Assembly: GCF_963921235.1 (NCBI RefSeq)
Contig: NC_086097.1
Coordinates: forward strand, 196,852,001 to 196,916,000
Length of the DNA: 64,000 nucleotides
From: Mobula hypostoma
Taxonomy: Eukaryota
Direction: 5' to 3'
A program made the position numbers and the translations under genes. Below, piece by piece: positions 53,111-64,000 of this stretch. Numbering within the stretch: the first letter of the stretch is position 1; each line of letters opens with the position of its first letter. The notes under the pieces are model-generated. The model saw only the letters and a list, made by a program, of their open reading frames with translations, had not been told where the DNA came from and did not search any database.

Positions 53111-53379
53111 AGCTCAAGAGCTCTTAGAGCTGATGTCGGATTTGAAGATGTAGAGACTTTGAGGGTAGAGTTAAGAAACTACGAAGGTTAAAAGATCCCA
53201 ATGAATTCTATACAGACCTCCGAAAAGTAGCCAGAATGTAGGTTGCAAGTTAAAAAGGGAGATAGAAAAGGCATGTTGAAAGCAAAATGTTACGATAGTC
53301 GCGGAGGATTTTAGTATGCAGGTTGATTGGGAAAGTCAGATTGGCTTTGGATCCTAAGAGAGGGAATTCGTGGAATCCC

Positions 53380-54985
53380 AGCAACACACATCAAAGTTGC
53401 TGGTGAACACAGCAGGCCAGGCAGCATCTCTAGGAAGAGGTACTGTCGACGTTTCAGGCCGAGACCCTTCGTCAGGACTAACTGAAGGAAGAGTTAGTAA
53501 GAGATTTGAAAGTGGGAGTGGGAGGGGGAGGGAGAGATACAAAATGATAGGAGAAGACAGGAGGGGGAGGGATGGAGCCAAGAGCTGGACAGGTGATTGG
53601 CAAAGGGGATATGAGAAGATCATGGGACAGGAGGCCCAGGGAGAAAGACAAGGGGTGGGGTGGGTGGAAACCCAGAGGGTGGGCCAGGGGTATTGTCAGA
53701 GGGAGAAAAAGGAGAGTGAGAGAAAGAATGTGTGTATAAAAATAAATAACGGATGGGGTATGGAGGGAGGTGGGGCATTAGCGGAAGTTAGAGAAGTCAA
53801 TGTTCATGCTATCAGGTTGGAGGCTACCCGGACGGAATATAAGGTGTTGTTCCTCCAACCTGAGTGTGGCTTCATCTTTACAGTAGAGGAGGCCGTGGAT
53901 AGACGTGTCAGAATGGGAATGGGATGTGGAATTAAAATGTGTGGCCACTGGGAGATCTTGCTTTCTCTGGTGGACAGAGCGTAGGTGTTCAGCAAAGCGG
54001 TCTCCCAGTCTGCGTCGGGTCTCGCCAATATATAGAAGGCCACATCGGGAGTACCGGACGCAGTATATCACCCCAGCCGACTCACAGGTGAAGTGTTGCC
54101 TCACCTGGAAGGACTGTCTGGGGCCCTGAATGGTGGTAAGGGAGGAAGTGTAAGGGCATGTGTAGCACTTGTTCTGCTTACAAGGATAAATGCCAGGAGG
54201 GAGATCAGTGGGGAGGGATGGGGCGGACGAATGGACAAGGGAGTAGGGAGCGATCCCTGCCGAAAGCAGAGAGGTGTGGGGAGGGAAAGATGTGCTTAGT
54301 GGTGGGATCCCGTTGGAGGTGGCGGAAGTTACGGAGAATAATATGTTGGACCTGGAGGCTGGTAGGGTGGTAGGTGAGGACCAGGGGAACCCTATCCCTA
54401 GTGGGGTGGCGGGAGGATGGAGTGAGAGCAGATGTGCGTGAAATGGGAGAGATGCGTTTGAGAGCAGAGTTGATGGTGGAGGAAGGGAAGCCCCTTTCTT
54501 TAAAAAAGGAGGACATCTCCTTCGTCCTGGAATGAAAAGCCTTATCCTGAGCGCAGATGCGGCAGAGACGGAGGAATTGCGAGAAGGGGATGGCATGTTT
54601 GGGATGGCATTTTTGCAAGATACAGGGTGAGAAGAGGAATAGTCCAGATAGCTGTGAGAGTCAGTAGGCTTATAGTAGACATCAGTGGATAAGCTGTCTC
54701 CAGAGATAGAGACAGAAAGATCTAGAAAGGGGAGGGAGGTGTCGGAAATGGACCAGGTAAACTTGAGGGTAGGGTGAAATTTGGAGGCAAAGTTAATGAA
54801 GTTAACAGGCTCAGCATGCGTGCAGGAAGCTGTGCCAATGTAGTCGCCGATGTAGCGAAGGAAAAGTGGGGGACAGATACCAGAATAGGTACGGAACATA
54901 GATTGTTCCACAAAGCCAACAAAAAGGCAGGCATAGCTAGGACCCATACGGGTGCCAATAGCTACATCTGCAGAATTCCTGCTGT
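53380..54985 (-). mobile_element. Penelope-like element (RT C-terminal half, GIY-YIG, pLTR with hammerhead), 5'-truncated
   Basis: MGPSYACLFVG, FLRYIGD, LPFLDL, VYYKPT, GVIYC..CGLLYIGETRRRLGDRFAEH. Imperfect 14-bp TSD attcgtggaatccc / attcatagaatccc. Short inverted pLTR tail at the 5' end. Confidence 0.9.
53444..53479 (-). ncRNA. Minimal type I hammerhead ribozyme motif (Penelope pLTR)
   Basis: Reverse complement: agtc-CTGACGA-agggtctcggcct-GAAA-cgtc^gaca. Confidence 0.75.
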
Positions 54986-55371
54986 ATTCATAGAATCCCT
55001 ATGTGATGGCTTTTTAGAGCAGCTTGTGGTTGATAATACTAGCAAAAAGGTAATTCTGGATTGGCTTTTGTGCAATGAACCAGATTTAAAAAATGAGCTG
55101 AAGGTAAAGAGAGGCAGTGATCGTAAAATGGAATTCACCCTTCAGTTTGAGAGGGAGAAACTAAAGTTAGATGCATTTCAGTGGAGTAAACTGAATTACA
55201 AAGACATGAGAGAGGAGTTGGCCAAAGTTGATTTGAAGCAGACACTAGCAAGGATGACAACAAAACAGCAATGGCTGGAGTTTTGGGGAGCAATTTGGAA
55301 AGCACAGGTAGATACATGCCAAAGAAGGAGTATTCAAAAGGACAGAGGAGGCAGCCGTGGCTGACAAGGGA

Positions 55372-56990
55372 GGTCTTTTGAGGGCCAGATCAGAGGCCTT
55401 CAAGTCTGGTGACCAAGAAAGTGACAAGAGGTCCAGAAAGCTATTTCACAGATGAAGAGACAATTCTGGATTGAACTTGAATCAATGACGGATGTTCAAC
55501 AGTTGTGGCAGGGCTTGAATGCTATCATCTGTTAAAGTTAAAATAAGTGGCATAGGTAACAACAGGGTTTTGCTTCCAGATGAACTCAGTGCCATCTATG
55601 CTCTCTTTGACCGTAAAAGCATGGAGGAGTCATCATGAATTCCCACATCCCCCCAATGATCCTATAATTTCAGTCTCTGAGGCCGATGTGCAAGCAACTT
55701 TCAGGAGGGTGAACCCGTGAAAAGCATCTGGCCTGGATGGTGTACTTGGCCAAGACCTAAAGACCTGTGCTGATAACTGGCTGGAGTGTTCACTGAGATC
55801 CTTAACCTCTCACTTCAGCAGTCTGAGGTACCCACCTTCTTCAAACAGGCTTCACTTATATCGGTGCCTGAGAAAAATGTGGTAACCTGCCTTAATGACT
55901 ATCGTCCAGTAGCACTTGCATCCACAGTGATGAAGTGTTTTGAGAGGATGGTGATGAAACTTGTCAACTCTTCCCTGAGAAGTGATTTGGATTCACTTCA
56001 GTTTGCCTAACTGAGCAACAGGTCCACAGCAGATACCATTGTATTGGCTCTTCACTCAACCCTGGGACATCTGGACAGCAAAGATGTATACATCAGGATG
56101 TTCCCTCTTGACTACAACTCAGCATTCAATACCATCATCTCCTCAAAACTAATCAATAAGCTTCAAGACCTTGGCCTCAATTCTTGTGCAATTGGATCGT
56201 GAATTTCCTCACTTGCAGATCCCAGTCAGTTCAGATTGACAACAACTTCTCCACCACGATATCTGACAGCACAGGTGCGCCAGAAGGCTGTGTGCTTAGC
56301 CCCCTGCTCTATTTGCACTTATGACTGTGTGGCTAAGTACAGCTCCAGTGGCAAGTTTAAGTTTGCCGATGGCACCACTGTCGTAGTTTGAATCAAAGGT
56401 GGTGACAGCTTAGCGTATAGGAGGGAGACTGAGAATCTGGCTGAGTGGTGCCAAAAACGAGAACCTCTTACTCAATGTCAGCAAGACCAAGGAGCTGATT
56501 TTTAGTTGCAGGAGGAGGAAACCAGAGGTCCATGAGCCAGTTCAAATAAGAGGTGGAGAGAATCAGTAATGTTTCGAAGGATCTGTATTGGGCACAGCAC
56601 AGCTGCACCTCTACTTCCTTAGGAAGTTACAGAGATTCGGCATGACATCTAAAACACTGTCAAACTTCTTTAAATCTGTAGTGGGGAGTGTATTGACTGG
56701 CTACACCACAGCATGGTATGGAAGCACCAATGCCCTTGAATGGAAAATACTACAACAAGTAATGGATACAACTCAGTCCATCACGGTTAACTCCCTACCC
56801 ACCAGTGAGCACATCTATATGAAACGTTGTCGCAGGAAAGCAACATCCATCATTAGGATCCCCCGCCAACCAGAGCATACTCTCTTCTTGCTGCTGCTAT
56901 CAGGAAGAAGGTACAGGAGCCTCAGGGCTCTCACCACCAGGCTCAAGAACAGTTATTACCCTCCGACCATTGAGCTTTTGAACAAAGGGA
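55372..56990 (+). mobile_element. Rex1/Babar-like LINE RT fragment
   Basis: LNLSL..VPTFFK..CLNDYRPVALASTVMKCFER..LQFA; GCVLSP; LYFLRKL; GRRYRS..RLKNSYYP. Confidence 0.85.
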
Positions 56991-57289
56991 ATAACTTCAA
57001 CTTGGTTTGCACCATCATTATTAAAATCACCAGTAGGTGATGCTTATTCATGAGCAAAAGTATTGGGTTCTGAACACGCTAGAACATGCGTTGAGAAAGA
57101 TGGCAAGCTGAATAAGACATAAAATTTGTTATAAGATATGAATTTATGGGATCCATACTAAAAAGATGGAGGGAACAAGACAATTCTTGGGATTTAGGAA
57201 GATAATTGTTCAGATCTTTGGTAAAGGAAGCAAATGTTAATGTGAAATTGAAGCATGACTCATGAGCTTCAGAATTATCATTAAGAGAG

Positions 57290-58525
57290 CACCTCAACAT
57301 GGAAACAAGCCCTTTCACCCATCTAGTCCATGCCAAGCTATTATTCTGCCTTGTCCCATCAACCCACACCTGGACCATAGCCCTCCACAACCATCCCATC
57401 ATTAACTTCTCTTTAAGTGTTGAAATCAAACCTGCATCTGCCACATAAGCAAGCAGTTTGTTCCGTAATCTCACCACCCTGTGTGAAGAAGTTCCCCCTC
57501 AGGTTCCCTTTAAATATTTCACCTTTCATCCTTAACATATGACCTTTAGTTCTAATCTCACCCAGCCTCAGTGGAAAAAGTTTACTTGCATTTACCCTAT
57601 CTTTTCACCTCATAATATTGTATACCTCTATCAAAACTCCCCTAGTTCTTCAAGGCTCTCGGGAAATTAGTCTTGAGCTATTCAACCTTTCCCTATAATT
57701 CAGGTCCTCAAATCGCAGCTACATCCTTGACCAGAGCTGCACACAATATCCAAATCAGGCCTTCCCAGTATCTTGTACAACTTCAACATAACATCCCACC
57801 TCCTATACTCAGTACTTTAATTTATGAAGGCAAATGTGCTGAAGTCTCTATTTTCAATCCCATCGACCTATTTTCTTGGAATTATGGTTCTGTATTCCTC
57901 GATCCCTTGGTTCTAATGCACTCCTCAGTGTCCTGTTGTTCACTGTGTTAGTTCTACCCTGGTTTGCCCTCCCAAGTTGCAACAGTCACACTTGTCTTTA
58001 TTAAATTCCATTTACCTTTTTTTTTTAAGCCCATTTTCCAGGTCCAAATCCCACTGCAAGCTTTGATACCATCCTTGCTGTTCACTGTTTCACCAATCTT
58101 GGTGTCATCTGCAAGTTTGTCAATGTCAAAGAAACGTGTTTTCAAAGCTGTAACATTTGAGGCATTACTGGCAGGATCATATTAGATATGGCAAAGTTAT
58201 TTCCCATCGAAGGGGATTTTGGGACACAAGGGCACGACTTCAGGATTGAAGGATGTTGTTTTAGAACTGAGATGTGGAGAAATTACTTCAGTCAACGGGT
58301 GGTAAATCTGTGGAATTTGTCACCATGAGCGGCTGTGGAGGCCAAGTCATTGGGTGCATTTAAGGCAGGGATAGGTTCTTGATTAGCTAGGGCATCAAAG
58401 GGTATGGGGTGAAAGCAGAGGAGTGGGGATGACTGTAAGAATTGGATCCGCCCATGATTGAATGGCGGAGCAGACTCGATGGACCGAATGGCCTATTTCT
58501 GCTCCTATATCTTATGGTCTTGTAT
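57290..58525. mobile_element. Adjacent CR1 fragments (minus 57290-58130, plus 58190-58525)
   Basis: LADDTKIG remnant; CR1 3' UTRs. Confidence 0.7.
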
Positions 58526-59317
58526 TCTATTTTAATCGCCGTTATAAAGAAAAATGAAGTATTGTTGGAAGGCATTTGGTGGAATGTTGCCCAATTGATT
58601 CTTGCGTTGAGAATTCTTCAGATAGATGAAGTCGCTGTCCTTATGTTGTATTCAGGAGATAAAGGCTCTGCTTCTTGATGGGTTTTGAAAATTTGAATGC
58701 TTAAAAATTCACCTGTTGTGCATGATTTTAAATTTAGTCAAAACTGTAGACTACTTTGATTTTAGAATGAGGATGCAAAAAATGTGAAGTTGTTTTATAG
58801 TGAGGATAGTGGCAATGGAAAGCACATCAGGATGGTCACAGATCGTGTTGATAAATTGAAGGCCTCCAAAGTAATTTCAGAAATTAATGTATGTCATTCA
58901 GCTTCTGCATTCTTCTATACTTCTTTAATTGTTAAACTCAGGATCTTGATTAAGGAAGGCCACACTGCACATTAATTAATGCAACCTCATTCTTTTTTTT
59001 TCAAATTTTAAGATACAATGTCACATTGCAACTGGTAGTTGTTCTGTTTAGGCCTCTACTGATACAAACCTTTGAAGAAGTGTCAGTGTGATTTCTGGTG
59101 ATTTAATGCATTCTTGTTTTCAGTCTCTGTCCATTTTAGTTGTGAGCTGCCATATTTATCTGCTGGTTAGTGAATGTCAGGAATTAAATCCTTGAATACA
59201 GGTACTTTTGGAATGCCCTGAAAGGTGAGAGAAGGGTTTTACAAATAAAATTATTTTGTCCCTGAAATTAAAGTAATTTTTAAGGGAGAGCTTATGGTCA
59301 ATATTCTTGTTATGCAG

Positions 59318-59502
59318 GTGAAGAATCTGTCACTTCAGCTGGATCAAGAGAAGAATAAGCAGGCAGTGACAAAGAATGAGCTAAAGGCACAGTCATTGGA
59401 AGCGGACAGTCTTAAAGGATCAGAGAAACAGCTGAAACAAGAGATCAATTCATTGCTGGAATCCAAACGGTCACTGGAATTTCAGCTGGCGCAACTCTCA
59501 AA
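59318..59502 (+). CDS. ROCK1: ROCK1 coding exon (VKNLSLQLDQEKNK...LEFQLAQLS)
   Basis: tgcag|GTG acceptor, AA|gtattt donor, 185 nt. Confidence 0.94.
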
Positions 59503-60107
59503 GTATTTATTTGCTTGGAATTCCTTGCATTTATTTTATTCATTTGCAGCACATGGCAATCAGTGGCTAGACTAGCGCTTATTGTCTACATTGAATTGTG
59601 CTTAAGATAGTGACTTCTAAAATGATCTCTAAGGAACCAAGTTTCAGACACTTTGCTAAAGAGTAGATTGGGTAAAGAGGGTAGGTTTGTTTTCTTGAAG
59701 AACATTGGCTCAGAATCTTTCTTTGAACAACATGGTCATCGTACTGTAATTGATAAGCAACATTTTAATACAGATTTTTTTTAAATACACTGCAGTAAAA
59801 TGGTGATAATCTGGCATCTTTTGAATTTAAGTGTTGGATAATAGATGTTACATTTATTATTACTTAAGCATATTTTCCATTTCACTTTTCTGAAATTTAT
59901 GTAGTAGCATAATTTTTTAAATGAACCCATGAGTTAAAAGGATGTGGGAAATATATAAGCACTTTGGAAGTAGGCACTGGCCACAAATCTGCACTCATTC
60001 CTAACCCCTGGGTTCCAGACCTCAACTGGTGCACTTCAGACCCCAGCTCTGGTTCTGCAGTCCTTTTATGCTCTGGATCCTTCGCTGACATCCCAGACTA
60101 ATAAATG

Positions 60108-60173
60108 AGTACTGCAAAAATCGTAGGCACCCTAGCTATATATATGTGCAGAAGACTTTTGCGCAATACTGTA
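60108..60173. mobile_element. Tiny Tc1/mariner-type MITE remnant
   Basis: Imperfect palindrome tactgcaaaaatcgtaggcac...gtgcagaagacttttgcgcaatactg-ta. Confidence 0.55.
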
Positions 60174-60179
60174 GCTGAC

Positions 60180-61320
60180 ACATTATTTCAAGAGGGATTA
60201 AATATGTAATGCTGATACTTTGAAGTGTTGGTCAGATCACATTTGGAGTATTGTGAGCAGTATTATCTAAGGAAGGATGTGCTGGCATTGCATAGGGTCC
60301 AGAGGATGTTTGCAAGAATGATCTTCGGAACTGAGAATGAAAAGGTTAATGTATGAGGAACTTTTAATGGGTGTGAGCCTTCTTGCTGAAGTGTACAAGA
60401 ATGCCCGGGTGTGTGGGGCGGGGGTTGGATTTTCATTGAAGCCTACCAGATATTGTAAAGCCTAGATAGAGTGGACATGGAGAGAATGTTTTCAATAGTG
60501 GGAGAGTCTAGGACCAGATGGCACAGCTCAGAAGAGAAGAACGTCTCTTTAGCCAGTGGGGATGAATAAGTGGGGAATTCATTACTAAAGACAGCTTGGA
60601 AGCTATGTCATTGGGTATACTTAATGTGAAGGCTGATAGATTCTTGATTAGTAAGAGTACCAAAGGTCACGGGGAGAAGGCTGGAGAATGGGATTGAGAG
60701 AGAAAATAAACCAGCCATGATGAAATGGAAAAGCAGACTGGCTGGGCTGATCGACCTCATTCTGCTAATATGCCTTATGGTCTTGTAGTTCCATGCAGAG
60801 CTGCAGGTAAATTATGGGCCAAGATCTGCCCTTTATTATGTTGCTGTTTGTCTTGCCTTATGTACAAATTATTTCATTGCAACTAGACTTTCCAAGTGCT
60901 TCATTTGCTATAAGATACTTTTGGGATGTCCTGAGGTTCCAAAGTATTCTCCACATGGAAGTAAGTGTATATTTTAGTATTTTTTCACTACCTCTCACCT
61001 CTCACAGAGGCACGTGGATAGCCAGAGACTTTTTCTCAGGGTTGAAATGGCTAACATGAAGGGGGCATAGTTGTAAGGTGCTTGGAAGTAGGTGCAGAGG
61101 GAATGTCAGAGTTAAGTTTTTTTGCAGAGTGGTGGATGTGGTAGAAGCGGATACAATAGGGTCTTTTAAGAGACTCTTGGATAGGTACATGGAGCTTAGA
61201 AAAAGAGAGGGCTATGAGGTAGGGTAATTCTAGGCAGTTTCTAGAGTAGGTTACATGGTTGGCACAGCATTGTGGGCCTAAGTGCCTGTAATGTGCTGTG
61301 GGTTTCCATGATTCTATGAC
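60180..61320 (+). mobile_element. Degenerate CR1 3' fragments (60180-60785, 61020-61320)
   Basis: HLEYCEQ remnant and 3' UTR tails. Confidence 0.65.
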
Positions 61321-61611
61321 TGGGGAATGTTTAGTTAGCTGCTGACTTATGAAGTTTAGTCCGTTAAAATTAGAGGCAAATGTAGCAATTTCACACAATG
61401 TCTCACTAACATTGATAACTTAAAACTGGATTGTCATGCTAGGTTTTTGTGATTGTGATCCAATTTCTATGACAAATTGGTTGATGTGGTGTTGGTAACA
61501 ATATTATGGCTAATTACATTGATACTAGATATGCTTGCTTCATAAAGTATATTCAATTTAACGCTGTGTACAGTAATGTCTGATAAGGCTGCATTCTTTT
61601 GATGTCTTAAG

Positions 61612-61681
61612 GCAATATCGAGGTAATGAAGGCCAGATGAGAGAGCTCCAGGACCAGCTCGAGGCAGAGCAGTATTTTTCA
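61612..61681 (+). CDS. ROCK1: ROCK1 coding exon (QYRGNEGQMRELQDQLEAEQYFS)
   Basis: ttaag|G acceptor, TCA|gtaagt donor, 70 nt. Confidence 0.96.
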
Positions 61682-61889
61682 GTAAGTGTACATTTTCAAT
61701 ATTTGAGGAGCTGATATAGGATACCAAAATGCCCTTACTACTTGGATGCAAAATTAATATTTGAATATTTTAAGCACTGACTAATCTTCAGAATCAAGTT
61801 TGTTTTACGCTTGGTTTCAGTAAGCTGTTATTAACACAAGCATGATTTCAGTAACAAGAATAGATGACACTTTGATTGTAACCTCAATT

Positions 61890-62180
61890 TCACACTACCC
61901 TCTAAGTTGCAGCAACCCAGATTTAAACCTGACCTCCAGTGCTATCTCTGTAGAGTTTAAGTGTTCTCCCTGTGACCACATGTTTTTTCTACTGGGCATA
62001 CTGGTGGCCCTCCAGTTTCCCACCAATCCTAAAGATATGCTGAACGACGGGTTAATTGGCTACTGTAAATTGCCCCAGTAATTGTGGTAATTATAGAGAA
62101 CATTGGGAAAATAACAACTAATATAGAATGTGTGCTTGATATTGACTTCCTGTGCTAAAGGCCCTTTTTTGCTCTTTTCA
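61890..62180 (+). mobile_element. Degenerate V-SINE
   Basis: gttctccctgtgacc...ctccagtttcccaccaatcctaaagat...ttaattggctactgtaaattg. Confidence 0.6.
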
Positions 62181-62322
62181 CTGTTTGACCTTTTATTTTT
62201 TCGCGATGTTGCTTAATACTAGATTTTCTGACCAGAAGAAACACCCTTTCTTGCAGGGACCCTCAGGATACAGCTTATGATCTTATTTCTATAATATCCC
62301 TGGAAAGATTTTGCAAAGTTTT

Positions 62323-62488
62323 AGTGTGGAAATCTTGTCAATGCAATGGCCCAAAGATATCCTTATTTCTCCTTTGAATTTGTTCGCAGACTCTGTATAA
62401 GACTCAGTGTGGAAATCTTGTCAATGCAATGGCCAAAAGATATCCTTATTTCTCCTTTGAATTTGTTCGCAGACTCTGTATAAGACTC
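62323..62488 (+). repeat. 83-bp tandem duplication spanning a 3' splice site
   Basis: 62323-62405 and 62406-62488 are identical except one base (ggcccaaag vs ggccaaaag). Confidence 0.97.
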
Positions 62489-62576
62489 AAGTTAAGGAGC
62501 TCAAAGAGGAAAATGAGGAGAAGAATCGAATAAACAGTGAACTTCAGAGGAGGATGCAGGAGCTTGTTAGTGAAAG
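62473..62576 (+). CDS. ROCK1: ROCK1 coding exon (TLYKTQVKELKEENEEKNR...QELVSER), in-frame downstream acceptor
   Basis: cgcag|ACT acceptor (second copy of the duplicated site), AG|gtacaa donor, 104 nt. Confidence 0.93.
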
Positions 62577-62924
62577 GTACAAAATTTGATATGGCGAACC
62601 TGTTTTACAAAGGGTGATGTTGAAATACTATAGTACATGTACATTCATGGAATGTTTTGCACATTGAGAGTGCTATCTACATATGAATGGAACCATTTTT
62701 AACCGTTCTCTCATTCCCAACAGTCCAAACTGCCTAAAGTTCAGGCGATACTAGCTTGAATGGATGTAGCTAAAGTGCAGTTAATCCATTTAACCTGTGG
62801 TTTGGCACTGACAAGCCTGTCAAGCCTACTTCTTGTATGATTAAAAATGTACATTGTGCTAGGTTTGTTTTGGAATGCTTGATTCTTTTTCCCCCTTAAA
62901 CTGTTTTCTTTTATTTTCCACATT

Positions 62925-63632
62925 GAATTGAATTGACTTTATTTCTTATATCCCTCACATACATGAATAAAAATCTTTACGTTATGTCTCTTTCTAAATG
63001 TGCAATGTGCAATCATAATAAATAGAACAGTCATTGTAACATAGAAATACACTCAAATCAGCGTGAGTTAATCAGTGAGATAGCGTGATGGAAGAAGCTA
63101 TCCCCAAGCCTGTTGGTCCTGACTTTTATGGTATGGTACCGTTTCCCAGATGGTAGCAGCTGGAATAGACCGTGGTTGGGGTGACTCAGGTCCCCAATGA
63201 ACCTTCAGGCCCTTTTTTCACACCTGTCTTTGTAAATGTCCTGAATCATGGGAAGTTCACAACTGCAGATGCTTGGCTGTCTGCACTGTTCTCTGCAGAA
63301 TCCTGTGATTAAGTGGGGTACAGTTCCCATGCCAGGCAGTGATGCAGCCAGTCAGGATGCTCTCAATTGTGCCCCTGTAGAAAGTTCTTAGGATTTGGGG
63401 GCCTAAACCAAACTTCCTCAACCATCTGAGGTGTAAGAGGCGCTGCTGTGCCTTTGTCACCACACAGTTGGCATGTACAGACCACGAGGTCCTCGGTGAT
63501 GTGGATGCTGAGGAAATTAAAGCTGTTTACCCTCTCAACCCCAGATCCATTGATGTCAATAGGGGTTAGCCCATCTCCATTCCTCCTGTAATCCACAACC
63601 AGCTGCTTTGTTCTTGCAACATTGAGGGAGAG
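62925..63632 (-). mobile_element. Rex1/Babar-like LINE 3' fragment
   Basis: KAQQRLLHLRWLRKFG..FYRGTIESILTGCITAWHG; (attca)n tail. Confidence 0.8.
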
Positions 63633-63765
63633 ATTGGGACATTGTCTCCAATCATAGGGAGCTCATGAACTACTTTGTTACTAACAGTGCAACCATCTAG
63701 TTGACTATCTCTGATCTTAACAGGTCAGATTTATTGCTTCCCTCTAGTTTACCTTTGATCTTTTT

Positions 63766-64000
63766 CAAAGGTTCAAAGGTCAAATTTAATGCCAGAGATA
63801 TGTATACAATATACATCCTGAAATGCTTTTTCCCCGCAAAACATCCACGAAAACGGAGAAGTGCCCGAAAGAATGAATGACAGTTAAATGTGAGAACCCC
63901 AAAGCCCCCCCAAGCTCCCCCCTCCCACGCGTAAGCGGCAGCGAGGGGCAATCCCCCCTCCCCCCACCAGCAAAAAAATAACGAGCATCGGTACTATCAC
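63766..64000 (-). mobile_element. 3' end of a non-LTR retroelement (runs off the window)
   Basis: Reverse complement ends cattaaatttgacctttgaacctttga. Confidence 0.5.

Noticed and set aside
62390..62406. 17-nt micro-exon using the CA|gtgtgg donor created by the duplication
   Set aside because: Weak donor, a 66-nt intron, and it would not restore frame.

Overview
Eukaryotic genomic DNA. The repeat content (V-SINEs, CR1, Rex1, Penelope) suggests a cartilaginous fish, probably a ray; this is an inference. The whole window lies inside one + strand gene, ROCK1 (Rho-associated coiled-coil kinase 1). 19 internal coding exons between 1357 and 62576, all with GT-AG junctions, join into one open frame of 2393 nt that covers most of the kinase domain and the N-terminal coiled coil. 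The gene start and end lie outside the window. The introns are packed with often nested transposable elements: CR1 LINEs, a full-length L1, Rex1/Babar-like LINEs, a Penelope-like element, a Tc1 copy, hAT MITEs and V-SINEs. The main observations are: (1) a complete HDV-like double-pseudoknot ribozyme with an unusual hairpin inserted in L3, forming the exact 5' end of a ~550 bp non-coding retroelement in sense orientation ~200 nt after a ROCK1 exon; (2) Penelope-type minimal hammerhead ribozymes and a family of TSD-flanked fold-back mini-elements derived from them; (3) an 83-bp tandem duplication of a ROCK1 3' splice site that offers a frameshifting alternative acceptor; (4) a head-to-head pair of ~680 bp non-autonomous retroelements that could form long intronic dsRNA.
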